Shown here piece after piece: positions 23,164 through 36,131 of a stretch of DNA of 64,000 bases. Below the pieces are notes generated by a model. It was given only the letters and a program-made list of their open reading frames with translations, searched no databases and had not been told where the DNA came from. How positions within the stretch are numbered: position 1 is the first letter of the stretch; each line of letters begins with the position of its first letter. Position numbers and translations under genes: made by a program. Origin of the DNA: Macrostomum lignano (Eukaryota); assembly GCA_002269645.1 (NCBI GenBank), contig NIVC01000169.1, positions 588,097 to 652,096 on the forward strand, in the 5' to 3' direction.

Positions 23164-23961
23164 ATGTCGCTCTGGATCTCCCCCACGAACGTGTTCACGC
23201 CGTTCTCGCACGCGCTGCCGCTTGTGACAGCCATGAGCGAGCTGGACGACTGGCTGACGCCTGAGTACGACCCACTGGCGCATCTGTGGTGTCACCGAGG
23301 TCCGAAGCGACTGCGCCACTGGTCCCGGACTGTCGACCTTCGCGGCTTCTCGCCCAAGGACGTGTCGGTGAAGCGAGAGGACCGAAAGGTGCGCGTCGTG
23401 GCTCGACTCGAGAACGGCGACGACGTGACGGAGGTGAAGCGGACGGTGGACCTGCCGGAGGAGGTGGACGCTGAGAAGCTGAGCAGCGGCTTCACCCAGG
23501 ACGGCATGCTGGTTCTGAAGGCGCCGTTCAAGGAGCAGCAGCGGCAGCAGCGGCAGGGTGACTCGGTGTGGGACGAGCTGCGCGTCCTGCTGCGAGGCGA
23601 CTTGCAGTCCGGCCAGCTGGTGGAGGCCGACGACGGCACCAAGCGGTTCAAGGCGGAGCTGTCGGTGCGCGAGTTCAAGCCGGACGAGATTCGCATCAAG
23701 CAGCAGGGCGACCGCGTCCGAGTCGAGGCTGAGCACAAGGACGAGTCGAACGGGCAGCGGATCCACAAGCGGCTGGAGAGAGAGTTCCAGCTGCCCGCCG
23801 GCACCAAGCTGGATCAGGTGGCCAGCAAGCTCAGCCAGGACGGCCGGCTGTGCATCGAGGCGCCGTTCGAGGCTCTGCCAGCCAAGCAGCCAACGCAGAT
23901 CAAGGACGTTCCCATGGAGATTGAGAACGCCGATGATCAGAGCAGGGCGATGGGCTGCTAA
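23164..23961 (+). CDS. Small heat-shock protein with two alpha-crystallin domains (p40/major-egg-antigen type), intronless; copy 1
   Basis: Two ACD motifs: VDLRGFSPKDVSVK...LSSGFTQDGMLVLKAP and LSVREFKPDEIRIK...VASKLSQDGRLCIEAP. Probable start ATG at 23164. Confidence 0.93.
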   Translation: MSLWISPTNVFTPFSHALPLVTAMSELDDWLTPEYDPLAHLWCHRGPKRLRHWSRTVDLRGFSPKDVSVKREDRKVRVVARLENGDDVTEVKRTVDLPEEVDAEKLSSGFTQDGMLVLKAPFKEQQRQQRQGDSVWDELRVLLRGDLQSGQLVEADDGTKRFKAELSVREFKPDEIRIKQQGDRVRVEAEHKDESNGQRIHKRLEREFQLPAGTKLDQVASKLSQDGRLCIEAPFEALPAKQPTQIKDVPMEIENADDQSRAMGC

Positions 23962-24429
23962 GAATTGCTCCAAGAATTGTTTTGTTTGTTTTCAAGATTG
24001 GTTAAACTTTTGACACGGTTTCTTGTACATCATTCACTTTCAGGCAGTACTAATTGTTAGCTCTTTAGGCCTGAGTACACTTAATGCGGCTTACTCAAGT
24101 TAAGCGTACAACTCATTAATTATAGTTTACACGAATTGACATTCGTTTATCTTTTGACTTTTTCATCATTTAAACAATTTTTTGAACTTTTTTAACTAGG
24201 AAAAAAGTGGTAGCACACATCCTCTTTCTGCATGCTACATGCTGTAATTTTACGTTAGGGAAAACACCATTACAATAGAAAAGGTGATTGAGCAAAACTT
24301 TGTCACATAGAACAAACATAGACATAGTCAAACGATGGAGCAATAGGCTTGTACTTTTACCATAGATAATGTGTCGGAAAAGTTTTTTATCTGAAGGGCC
24401 AGATATAGACTTTAGCGCATAGCTTTGGG

Positions 24430-24645
24430 CCGGAGAGAGGAGAGAAAAAAGAGAATGAATAGAGGAGAAAAGAGAAGATAGAAGAGAGAGGACAGATGAG
24501 AGAGAAGAATGGAGAGGAGAGCAGAGATGGGAGATGAGGAGAAAGTGGAGAGAAGGAGAGAGAGAGAGGAGAGAATAGCAAAAGAGATCGAGTTGAGATT
24601 AGAGGAGAGGAGAAAATCATAGAGAGTTGAGAAGAGACAAAGAGC
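24430..24645. repeat. Polypurine (GA-rich) low-complexity tract
   Basis: Direct composition. Confidence 0.9.
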
Positions 24646-25439
24646 GGGCGGATTGTGCAGTTGTGAGCAGTAGCCATCATAGGAAGAGACTACTGTTGTG
24701 AGCCCCGTCCTCCGGAGCGACGCCTACAGCTGAACCCTGTTGGGAAGCTGCGACCCCCAGGTCCCCAGTTAGAGCTCCCGTCCCGCGCCCTGGGGAGAAG
24801 CAGGAAAAAGGTCAGAAAAGAACTCACGAGCTTCCGTGCAAAACCGATGCAGTTCGCAATTGTGATGGTAGACAAGAAGTTTGTCTGTCTATGGCGAATC
24901 TGACATATTGAACTTAATGTTTCAATCTCTATGGCGAATCTAATATATTGATCTGAATACTTCAGTGTCTTTTTTGGCCATTGTTTAACTATGCAACATA
25001 CTAGACAATCTATCATTTGCTGAGATGCTGATGCTCAAGGAGGAGTTGCTGAGATGCCAAGCGTCAAGTGGGCATGGGCTTTTATGCGGAGGCTCAAAGG
25101 GGAAGTTGAGGATACTCATATCTTAGAGTTTTTGCTTTAAATATCTTTCCTTTACAGAAGCTAACAATATAGTGATCGTCAGGGACTACTCAAACATCGG
25201 GACGGGAAACTAGGCAAATCATGGCGAAGTTTTTACGAGGCTGGTTAAATCTATGGCCGCGCCAATGCAGCAGTAGCTATTTCAATATTTCAATAAATCT
25301 TCAATAAATTTTATATTTTAATATACACAGACGGGAAAATGAACAGATGCGAAAAAATATGTAACAGATTTAAGCATTGAATAGTCGGGAATACTCAGTA
25401 GATGTGAACTTGTCTGTTCTGCAATGTCACGCACTTCTA

Positions 25440-25677
25440 AGTTTTTTTGTCTTTCTCTCTTGAACGGTGACGGATGATGGAGCCAGCTTCGATGATCTCC
25501 GGACAAGTCCCTTAAAGAATGTGCTTGTTGCTCTTCGTTCGACAGGGCCTTTTTCCATCGCTCTCGCTCAACAGAGTCCTTCGGAAACAGATGGACTTTC
25601 GTAGCCAATCGTTCGGACTCGTAATTTGACTTGCAGCCAACAACGCTGCCCTTTCTTGGCATTGATGCCAACAACAC
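25440..25677 (-). mobile_element. THAP zinc-finger-like relic (transposon-associated)
   Basis: MPRKGSVVGCKSNY...HLFPKDSVERERWKKAL fits the THAP pattern (C2CH start, FP, W); the first Cys is mutated to Gly. Confidence 0.6.
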
Positions 25678-26204
25678 AAGCAGAAAAATCGAGCTTGTCC
25701 TACGCGTCTGCCAGAAACTCTGCTGAAACTGCTATAAAATAATGGTAGATTAAGTCTATGGTTTCAGAATTAAATAATGATCAGCAGTCACTCGTGACTG
25801 TGACCATTATCCAAGTCTGAAACCATAGAAATAATCGCATTATCATATAGACTAGCGTTTACGGTTGATCATTATGTAACGCCATTAAGCCACGCCATTA
25901 AGTAACGCTGCAGTGTCTTCGTGCCATAGATATTGGCTCGGCAGTGAGCAGGGTCAAGGGAGCGCAGCTCCCTTGCGGGGGTGTGGGGGCAGAGCCCCAC
26001 TAATCGGACCATAGACAATTTTTTAGAACACAGTTCTCTAAAAGAAAAGCTCGACCATGAAGTCTGTTAGGAAGTTAAGAACTAGAAGCAAGAAGCGAGA
26101 GAAATCGAATTAAAAATGCCTCTTATCAACTGGAAAAATCTACCGGTCGACAGTTTAGACGGCATCTCGTCTACTGAACTAGATTTCTGAGTGAACTGAG
26201 CGCC

Positions 26205-26920
26205 GTGAACCACAGTTCCGATGAAATTCTTGGAGATTTTATCGACTACCTGTCTAAAATCGAGACGGCTGATGAGGCTGCTGCGGTTTCTAGTGTCGAG
26301 CTTCCAGAACTATCTGATTTACCCAGTGCGATGGATGTTGCCGAACTGGAATCACTGCCGAGCACTACACGAGAACACATGTTTCTGTATGGCAAAATGT
26401 TTGTGGAGTTTTTAAAGAAGCATGGTGCTGTGGATGTGAGCGTGATCAGTGACAGTCGCTTGGCCGAATTTTTAAGGTTCTTTTACTTCTGTCCAAAAAA
26501 ATCTGACGGCAGTTGCTATTCGCCAGCTTGCTTGCCAGTTTGCTTTGCTATATCCTCGATCTGTTTCCTGTTAAAGTTCTTGTTGCTTAAATTAATAAAA
26601 ACAGTGAATTTCTCGCTCATAATCTTTGGCAATTTATCGTGATAAAATGCATTAAAAAATGATAGTCTATCTGATAATGCAAGCATCCCTGCTAGACTGC
26701 AGTGGAAATAACGGTATCACAAGCTTCAAATAATATAACCATAAGTATTGCTCAATACAAATAAGCCAGCCAGCCTCGTCAGCTGCTAACAAACCAGCCT
26801 CGTAAAAACTTCGCCATGATTTGCCTAGTTTCCCGTCCCGATGTTTGAGTAGTCCCTGGTGATCGTTCAAGACTTTTTGCATGCAAAGCTTCTTTGACAA
26901 AAAATTTTCTTTCATTGTTG
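26205..26920. mobile_element. Crypton-like (tyrosine recombinase / DUF3504-associated) transposon relic, rearranged
   Basis: Plus strand PSTTREHM...FVEFL...RLAEFLRFFYF..KKSDGSCYSPACL resembles the N-terminal region of Crypton/KCTD1/ZMYM-type proteins. Adjacent minus-strand NDHQGLLKHR may be a further piece. Confidence 0.5.
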
Positions 26921-29063
26921 CCTAGGGGGGAGCGAAGATTGCTAGTACCAAGTCTAAGTTGAAGTTCTGTCACGGGTCTGCCATATAAAACGCTTCCATA
27001 GAGAAGCATGGAAGCGTGTTTTAAGCAGTAGCCAGCGACTTGTCAAACAATGAAGTCGATTTTCCATCAGCTGGGGCTCAGCAGCTCTCCACCGTGGCAC
27101 AACAATAGTTGTAGTGACTTAAAACAGAAACATTCTGAATAGAAAATGTGAGAAAGCAGGGTTAAAAAGCTTTTGCCAAACTGAGAGGATGCAGAATCTC
27201 AATAGAAGGATTTTTTTCTGAGACGCATAGTTTCAAACTTGGCTTTGTTTTTCTTTGTCATGGCTAAATATTCGCGTTTTTCTTAAGACAGACAGGTAGG
27301 CAATCAATATGCGCAAAGGTTGCCATGACTACGGCGAAGAGTGAAAGTGGGAAATGGTAGGAGTGCTAGGAGTGACTGTGAAACACACAAATATTCTCTA
27401 CGTTAAAGAACGTTCCGTGGTAGCTAAAGATATGGCCCCAGATTTTTTTGACCTACATGTATTATTGCTCATAAACTGCCTATCAGAAAACTCCATTTAT
27501 GACGTCATGCATTTTTACACGCTAAAGTCCAACAAAACTTTAACTTCGGCTCTTCTCATGTGTTAAAGTATCTGAAATATTCTGCTTTTAGCCGATGCAT
27601 TTGTGATATAGAAGGCCACATTTCGTTGTAGAATGGCTGTTTTAGTTTACAGATATGAATCGATTACTTGAGCACATCTCTCCGGCGTGAATAGTAAATG
27701 AATAGGAAATGAACACGTAAGGACATCGATGCAGTCGTTTTGGTACCGGAGATGGACTATTGTGTTTGTCAGGATCCGCAAACATTGTCACCCTTAGTGA
27801 AAAAAGAAATCTTGTCGATACCCCCATGGGGGCCCCATTCCTGATGCGAGATAAATCGCGTTTGAAGATGAAGTCAGAACTACATGCTGGAAGAAACGGA
27901 TCAATAATGAAGCCTATAGAATCCGTTTGCTCAAGCTTTTTGCGATTGTTCAGTGGAAGCTTCAGATGATCAGATTGCCTCACCGCCGCCGGATATCAAT
28001 CGCAATGTCACTGATGTCTCATGGACAGCTAAAGCACAAAGATGCCACAATCGAGAATCGTTCAAATTTCGTTTGAGGTTTAATCACAAGTTTATCAAGC
28101 GCTTACACAAGCAAGCAGAAGCTTAGTGTAGGCGCTATCGCTTTCAATTGTATTTTTGTTTACTTTTTTCTCAACGAACGTGCGATTGAATATGATAGAC
28201 ACAAAGTTGTAAATATGAACTAAATAAGACAGCTCGATTTCAATTTACCAGTTGTAATGCTCTGATAACTTCCAAACCATGATTTGAGGGTGTCCTAGAA
28301 ATGGTAAAAGTATAAGATATTCTATGGGTTTGAGGTCGGCATGTGATTAAATCCCGAGAGCCGAATATCTTATTTAAACTACTTTAATTTTGCGGGATGT
28401 ATTCAGATAAATCCCGGAGCTATACATGTATGTCTATGGTTGAAGTTGGGGATGGGGGTGTGGGGGCGAATCCCCCACATTCTTACCATAGACAAAATTT
28501 CATTAAGAAATTTCTCGAGCCACGAAGGAAGAGAAGAGAGAAGCTCGCTTATTTAGGTACATACAATAATCCTTGCAATATGTCCGGGAAAGTGATCGAT
28601 TAAATCCCAGAGCGCAAAATAAAATCTATGTCAATAACCTGCCTGAAAGTGAGCTCTAAAGTGGTTGAAATTGCTTTTTAAAGTTAAACAGTTTCTGAAT
28701 CAGCTTCTTTTGTTGACAGAGACATAAAAAAATGTAGTATTTTTATCCCATAACTTTTGAAGGAATTAACATCTTGAACCTACTGTAACATATTGCTTTC
28801 TATTAAGTGGTGCAGGTTACATTGAATTCTACAAGCTAGGACACTCCTTGCAGCTCCTTTGTAGCTGTTGGGCGTTAAACTATATTGAAATATATTTGAA
28901 ACAAAGGGGGCGCAGAGAAGAGATAAAAATAGGGGGGACAGCAAGAATTAGTGTTTCTATGAGTTAGATTTTCACAGAAGTTGACTTTAAATTTCTGTTC
29001 CGGTGGGTTCTGTTTTAAACAATCGTCTTTAACTATTGTAAGTGTTTTGTTTGATTTTTAGCA

Positions 29064-32000
29064 TCACCCATTAAAAGTGCAGCTAGTCTCATCCGTGTCT
29101 GTGCTAGCTCTGGACGGGCTGGGGGTGTAGCCCACGGCGCAAGAGCACAGCCGGTTCCTGGTGCGCTTCTTCCTTTTCCAGAGGACAACGCAGTTGCTTT
29201 TGTACCAATCGGACCAGTTGCTCCACGAGTTCCAGCTGCACCAGCCCATGAATCTGGCATCAGACTGGGAGGCCTCCGTGGACGGCGTGGCGACAGAGCT
29301 GGTGATGCAACTGCAGGTCCGATCTCTGGACCTCTGTTGGTTCACATTGCAGCCTGCAATGTTTAATATTGATGAGGTTGTAACCCTGGAGTCCTTGAGC
29401 AAGACACGTAACTCTGCATTGCTTCAGTTCACCCAGCTGTAAAATGGGTGCCAGCATTAGCTGGGGTAACTGAGGGTGTGTGTGGCGACCCCCCCCCCCC
29501 CAGTCCTTGGACTGAACAGCCGTACGCAGCTTTCAGATGCGCCGCGCAATAGCTGCGGCTGAGCTGTCGGTTGCACATCACAACTTTTTAGCTGGGTCTA
29601 CTACGTGTAGAATTCGTTCTCAAGCTCACCTGAGGTCCAGGTGCTCCAGTCCTGCCACGCGCACCAGCCCATGTATCTGGAGTCAGTTTGAGAAGCCTCA
29701 GTGGACGGCGTGGCGACGGCAGTGGTGACGCAGCTGCAGCTCCTCACCCTGGTTCGCTGCTGGTTCGAGTTGCAGCCTGGAGAAAGGTGCATGGTAGCAG
29801 TTTGAGCACTTCACTGGGGCTTGATGACTGGCACTATATTCAGTAAACATGAATGCACTTTTTAAGTTATACTGGCAAATACTTCAACAAAGCTCGAGTT
29901 GCTATGAAAGCAGTTCATCTTCCCTCATGTTCTCTTGAGCCTCATGAGCTGTTAAACCTGAACTCTGTAGCAAACATGTGGGTCTAAATTCAATGAGATT
30001 TAAAAATGCTTCACAAAAGTTTCATAATTTTTTTTGAAAGGATGTGCTACAGATGTCCGTTTGAAGCAATATGGAATAATTGACACTTTCTACAAGTCTC
30101 AAACAATTGAGAACAATAAAATGGAACCCAGAAAGCAGTTAATGTTCTTAAAAGATGGTTTAAGAAGTTCAACAAGTGTTATTTGTAAATACCAATACAA
30201 GTTCAAAAAATGACAGGTCTTTGAGGACTTCATTCTCAAGCTCACCTGTAGTCCAGGTGCTCCAGTCCTGCCACGCGCACCAGCCCATGTATCTGGAGTC
30301 AGTTTGAGAAGCCTCAGTGGACGGCGTGGCGACGGCGGTGGTGACGCAGCTGCAGCTTCTCACCCTGGTGCGCTGCTGGTTCGAGTTGCAGCCTGGAGAA
30401 ATGTTTTTGAGCACTGGTGAGCATTATCTGCATGGTACATACCTAAGAAGTCATCCACACCCGGTGAAACTGAAGTGCCATCGTTTACTTTTTTAGCCAA
30501 AAGCAAGTCTGTTGTGAGCACAAACTCTAAATAAGGGCCTCCTGACTCCTGAATCTACATGTAATTTATCGATATTTATACAATAGACAATGCTTATAAT
30601 GTGCCTTCTTGTCTTGGGCGAGGGCTACTTTAAGAGCCAGAGAAAGCCAGCCACTTCAGTCTAGCACTGACAATATTTGCCAAACTCACTTCAAAGCAAG
30701 GAATTTGTCGCTAGGCTCACCTGTAGTCCAGGTGCTCCAGTCCTGCCACTCGCACCAGCCCATGAACCTGGCGGCAGTCTGAGAAGCCTCAGTTGATGGA
30801 GTCGCTACCGGAGCGATGGGGCAGCTGCAGTTCCTCTCCCTGGTGCGTTGCTGGTTTGAGTTGCAACCTGGAATGTTGCGCATGTTTTCAGCGAAGTTCT
30901 TTTTTCGGGAGCTCACTAGCGAAGTGTTTGGTCACAGAGAGCTCACTACCGAAGTGTTTGGTCACAGAGAGCTCACTACCGAAGTGTTTGGTCACAGAGA
31001 GCTCACTATCGAAGTGTTTGCTCCCAGAGAGCTCACTAGCGAAGTGTTTGGTCACAGAGAGCTCACTACCGAAGTGTTTGGTCACAGAGAGCTCACTACC
31101 GAAGTGTTTGGTCACAGAGAGCTCACTAGCGAAGTGTTTGGTCACAGAGAGCTCACTACCGAAGTGTTTGGTCACAGAGAGCTCACTACCGAAGTGTTTG
31201 GTCACAGAGAGCTCACTACCGAAGTGTTTGGTCACAGAGAGCTCACTACCGAAGTGTTTGGTCACAGAGAGCTCACTACCGAAGTGTTTGGTCACAGAGA
31301 GCTCACTACCGAAGTGTTTGGTCACAGAGAGCTCACTACTGAAGTGTTAGCTCACAGAGAGCTCACTACCAAAGTGTTTGGTCACAGAGAGCTCACTAGC
31401 AAAGTGTTTAATCACAGAGAGCTCACTAGCGAAGTGTTTGGTCACAGAGAGCTCACTACCGAAGTGTTTGGTCACAGAGAGCTCACTACCGAAGTGTTTG
31501 GTCACAGAGAGCTCACTACCGAAGTGTTTGGTCACAGAGAGCTCACTACCGAAGTGTTTGGTCACAGAGAGCTCACTACCGAAGTGTTTGGTCACAGAGA
31601 GCTCACTACCGAAGTGTTTGGTCACAGAGAGCTCACTACCGAAGTGTTTGGTCACAGAGAGCTCACTACCGAAGTGTTTGGTCACAGAGAGCTCACTACC
31701 GAAGTGTTTGGTCACAGAGAGCTCACTAGCAAAGTGTTTGGTCATAGAGAGCTCACTACCGAAGTGTTTGGTCACAGAGAGCTCACTACCGAAGTGTTTG
31801 GTCACAGAGAGCTCACTACCGAAGTGTTTGGTCACAGAGAGCTCACTAGCGAAGTGTTTGGTCACAGAGAGCTCACTAGCGAAGTGTTTGGTCACAGAGA
31901 GCTCACTACCGAAGTGTTTGGTCACAGAGAGCTCACTACCGAAGTGTTTGGTCACAGAGAGCTCACTACCGAAGTGTTTGGTCACAGAGAGCTCACTAGC

Positions 32001-34295
32001 GAAGTGTTTGGTCACAGAGAGCTCACTACCGAAGTGTTTGGTCACAGAGAGCTCACTACTGAAGTGTTTGGTCACAGAGAGCTCACTACCGAAGTGTTTG
32101 GTCACAGAGAGCTCACTACTGAAGTGTTAGCTCACAGAGAGCTCACTACCAAAGTGTTTGGTCACAGAGAGCTCACTAGCAAAGTGTTTGGTCACAGAGA
32201 GCTCACTAGCGAAGTGTTTGGTCACAGAGAGCTCACTACCGAAGTGTTTGGTCACAGAGAGCTCACTAGCAAAGTGTTTGGTCACAGAGAGCTCACTAGC
32301 GAAGTGTTTGGTCACAGAGAGCTCACTACCGAAGTGTTTGGTCACAGAGAGCTCACTACCGAAGTGTTTGGTCACAGAGAGCTCACTACCGAAGTGTTTG
32401 GTCACAGAGAGCTCACTACCGAAGTGTTTGGTCACAGAGAGCTCACTACCGAAGTGTTTGGTCACAGAGAGCTCACTACCGAAGTGTTTGGTCACAGAGA
32501 GCTCACTACCGAAGTGTTTGGTCACAGAGAGCTCACTACTGAAGTGTTAGCTCACAGAGAGCTCACTACCAAAGTGTTTGGTCACAGAGAGCTCACTACC
32601 GAAGTGTTTGGTCACAGAGAGCTCACTAGCGAAGTGTTTGGTCACAGAGAGCTCACTACCGAAGTGTTTGGTCACAGAGAGCTCACTACCGAAGTGTTTG
32701 GTCACAGAGAGCTCACTACTGAAGTGTTTGGTCACAGAGAGCTCACTACCGAAGTGTTTGGTCACAGAGAGCTCACTACCGAAGTGTTTGGTCACAGAGA
32801 GCTCACTACCGAAGTGTTTGGTCACAGAGAGCTCACTACTGAAGTGTTAGCTCACAGAGAGATCACTACCAAAGTGTTTGGTCACAGAGAGCTCACTAGC
32901 AAAGTGTTTGGTCACAGAGAGCTCACTAGCGAAGTGTTTGGTCACAGAGAGCTCACTACCGAAGTGTTTGGTCACAGAGAGCTCACTACCGAAGTGTTTG
33001 GTCACAGAGAGCTCACTACCGAAGTGTTTGGTCACAGAGAGCTCACTACCGAAGTGTTTGGTCACAGAGAGCTCACTAGCGAAGTGTTTGGTCACAGAGA
33101 GCTCACTACCGAAGTGTTTGGTCACAGAGAGCTCACTACCGAAGTGTTTGGTCACAGAGAGCTCACTACCGAAGTGTTTGGTCACAGAGAGCTCACTAGC
33201 GAAGTGTTTGGTCACAGAGAGCTCACTACCGAACTGTTTGGTCACAGATGTTCAAAACGGTTCTGAAGCCTCACCTGAGCTCCAGGTCGCCCAGTCCTCC
33301 CAGGCGCACCAGCCGATGAAGCGCTGCTCGTTCTGCGAGTCGCCTCCGTCGGCTGTGCGGTCCTCGCAGTGGGCCCCAGCGGCAGGAGCCTGCGGACTCG
33401 GGCATCGGCAGCTTCGACCGCGGAGGCGTTGAGCGGCGTGGCAGGCGGCGCTCCAGGAGGTCCACGAGCTCCAGGGACACCAGCCGCCGCTCACTGCGGA
33501 CCGGAGATTCACAGATTGAGCTCGATAATCAAGTCATCCATCCATCGAATCAATAATCAAGTCATCAAGCCATAAAAACAGTAATCAAGTCATGCAGCCA
33601 TCGAATCAATAATCAAGTCATGAAGCCATAAAATCAATAATCAAGTCATGAAGCCATAGAATCAATAATCAAGTCCTCAGCCATAGAATCAATAATCAAG
33701 TCATCAAGCCATAGAATCAATAATCAAGTCATCAAGCCATAGAATCAATAATCAAGTCATCAAGCCATAGAATCAATAATCAAGTCATCAAGCCATAGAA
33801 TCAATAATCAAGTCATCAAGCCATAGAATCAATAATCAAGTCATCATGCCATAGAATCAATAATCAAGTCATCAAGCCATAGAATCAATAATCAAGTCAT
33901 GCAGCCAGAGAGTTTTTCGTAGATTTTGAGAGCTCTTATTCGAGCTCGGACCGCTGCTTACCTCGACGCCTGTTGCTCAGCGCCAGCACCCGACACCCCG
34001 CCGGCATCGCGGAGGCGTCGGCCGTGTCGCCGAGAAGCCGGCAGTCTCCGGCGGACTCGTCGCGAGGGCACCAGGCGACCCCGACGCAGCTGCGGGACGC
34101 GGCCTCGCACTCGGACGCGCACTCGATGTCCGAGCGGGCGGCCACCAGCGCGGCCGGCTGTCCGGACTCCGCGGCCTTGCCGCTGTCCCAGTGCGCCTGG
34201 CCCGGTGAGTACAGGTACTGATCGGGCTCGCTGCAGGCACTTGGCGCCGCCAGCTGCAGCAGCAGTGCGGCCGTGGCAACCGTTGCTAGGGTCAT
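29064..34295 (-). CDS. Secreted PAN/apple-domain + thrombospondin-type-1-like repeat protein, copy 1 (427 aa)
   Basis: Exons 33962-34295, 33275-33493, 30721-30867, 30246-30392, 29630-29776, 29064-29353, all phase 1. Signal peptide MTLATVATAALLLQLAAPSA, PAN-like SDIECASECEAASRSCVGVAWC...CRLL, then WCxWxxWSxW...RxRxRxC repeats. Confidence 0.85.
29384..29578 (+). mobile_element. 5'-truncated copy of the CORE-type SINE, in the last intron of PAN-TSR copy 1
   Basis: Near-identical to 6720-6913; lacks the tRNA head. Confidence 0.85.
30900..33250. repeat. Intronic 30-bp minisatellite (GTCACAGAGAGCTCACTACCGAAGTGTTTG), ~78 copies
   Basis: Explains the 816-aa ELTTEVFGHR ORF; lies between GT/AG-bounded exons. 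Confidence 0.97.
33520..33905. repeat. Intronic 28-bp minisatellite (AATCAATAATCAAGTCATCAAGCCATAG)
   Basis: About 14 copies; homologous array at 38130-38705. Confidence 0.95.
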
Positions 34296-34629
34296 TGCTA
34301 ACTCTGTTCAGTGTAAAAGCTGTTCTCATGTGTTTGCAGAATTTTTTCCCGGCTGCATGTGAAATCGGCAGCCTTTAAGTAAAGCGAGGGGAGGTGCTGA
34401 ATCCTCCCTAGGCTTGGGTTCCTCAGTCTCCAGCCAGTCAGGAAAGGGATGCTTGGCGAATGGCAAGGATGGCTTGGCTGGGCCGATCATTAAAAGCAGA
34501 GACTGCCTGGAATGAAGGAAATAGCCCAAGTTTCCCTGAATCGTGGGAATAAAGGGGGGCTGCAGTCTTGGCGGAAAATCGTTTGGATTCAACTTTTCTT
34601 TTCTTTGTATGAATGACGGCATGAAATAA

Positions 34630-35355
34630 GTGAGGGAGATGAAGAAGAGAGAAAAGGAGATGAAGGAGAGAGGAAAGGAGATGAGGGAGATAGGAAGGGA
34701 GATGAGGGAGAGAGGAAGGGAGATGAGAGAGAGAGTAAGGGAGATGAGGGAGAGAGGGAGATGAGGGAGAGAGGAAGGGAGATGAGGGAGAGAGGGAGAT
34801 GAGGGAGAGAGGAAGGGAGATGAGGGAGAGAGGGAGATGAGGGAGAGAGGAAGGGAGATGAGGGAGAGAGGGAGATGAAGGAGAGAGGAAGGGAGATGAG
34901 GGAGAGAGGGAGGGAGATGAAGGAGAAGGGAAGGTACGAGCTCGCAGATCAGGGAGATAGGGAGATGAGAGAGAGAGGAAGGGAGATGAGGGAGAGAGGG
35001 AGTTGAGGGAGAGAGAAAGGGAGATGAGGGACAGAGGGAGATGGGGGAGAGAGGAAGGGAGATGAGGGAGAGAGGGAGATGAGGGAGAGAGGGAGATGAG
35101 GGAGAGAGGGAGATGAGGGAGAGAGGAAGGGAGATGAGGGAGAGAGGGAGATGAGGGAGAGAGGGAGATGAGGGAGAGAGGAAGGGAGATGAGGGAGAGA
35201 GGGAGATGAGGGAGAGAGGAAGGGAGATGAGGGAGAGAGCGAGATGAGGGAGAGAGGGAGATGAGGGAGAGATGAAGGGAGATGAAGGAGAAGGGAAGTT
35301 ACGAGCTCGTAGATCAGGGAGAGAGGGAGATGAGGGAGAGAGGGAGATGAGGGAG
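34630..35355. repeat. Polypurine GAGGGAGAGAGGGAGAT repeat tract in the spacer of the inverted gene pair
   Basis: About 720 bp almost entirely G/A on the + strand. Confidence 0.95.
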
Positions 35356-36131
35356 GTGTTTCGACAATACAACGTGATGTCATTCACGGCATGACTCATT
35401 TAAAAGTTTTGTTCTCAATCTAATTTGAGCGATGTCCATCGTGCACGCATCATATCGAGTGAGACCTACGCGTCTCCACTCTCCAGCTTAAGAGAGGTAG
35501 CGTCAACTTGTTAGACAGTTTCAAGTTTTGCTCGCAGAAAAAACTTCCTTTTCATCCTTGTTTGCTTTAATTAGCATCAAAAAAGTTCGCAACAATTGTG
35601 TAGCTCTCAGATGCCTTTAAAATTGTTCGTTTCTAAGAAAACTGTTGAGCCTACTCAAAATGTCGCCTTCTGCATCTGCCAAAAAGTAATTGTTCAACAG
35701 CGAAAAAGGATTGCCTTTTGTCCGCATTGATTCACGACACACATGTGTAAGACGAGTTGTTTGTCTTGTCTCCTATTTTCGAGTGTCAGCCATCTGATGT
35801 TGCTGTCCTCAACCGTCAAGGACACGTACCCAGCGTCAGGTCAACACACAGAATGTCGCCCTCTGCTTGCCGGACGACATCGAGGCTGTCATACAGCGTA
35901 CGGAAAATGTGGTAAAACAGCGTGTTCATAAATTATCTGGAGTAAAATAGTAAAGTACTCGTCAATACTGTTAAGAATAAACTGCCAGGTTCTAATGTGC
36001 ATTGACTGGATTAAAAATGGTTTCGGGAAAGCTCTATAGCATGCTCGTCCAATATTGGACACACTGTTCTCAGTCACTCGCGGGGGCACACCAATACAGT
36101 TACAGCCCCCCAAACAGTTCGTGACTAGATC

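Noticed and set aside
27642-27983. GAPMG resembling the Penelope RT motif B
   Set aside because: No flanking RT motifs (YxDD etc.) in frame; too short to support.
30816-33266. 816-aa ELTTEVFGHR repeat ORF and its other-frame partners
   Set aside because: A 30-bp (3n, stop-free) intronic minisatellite between GT/AG-bounded exons of the opposite-strand gene. The paralogous array has only about 11 units.
34326-35399. Leu/Ser/Pro-rich 357-aa ORF
   Set aside because: Translation of the polypurine tract's complement; a low-complexity artefact.
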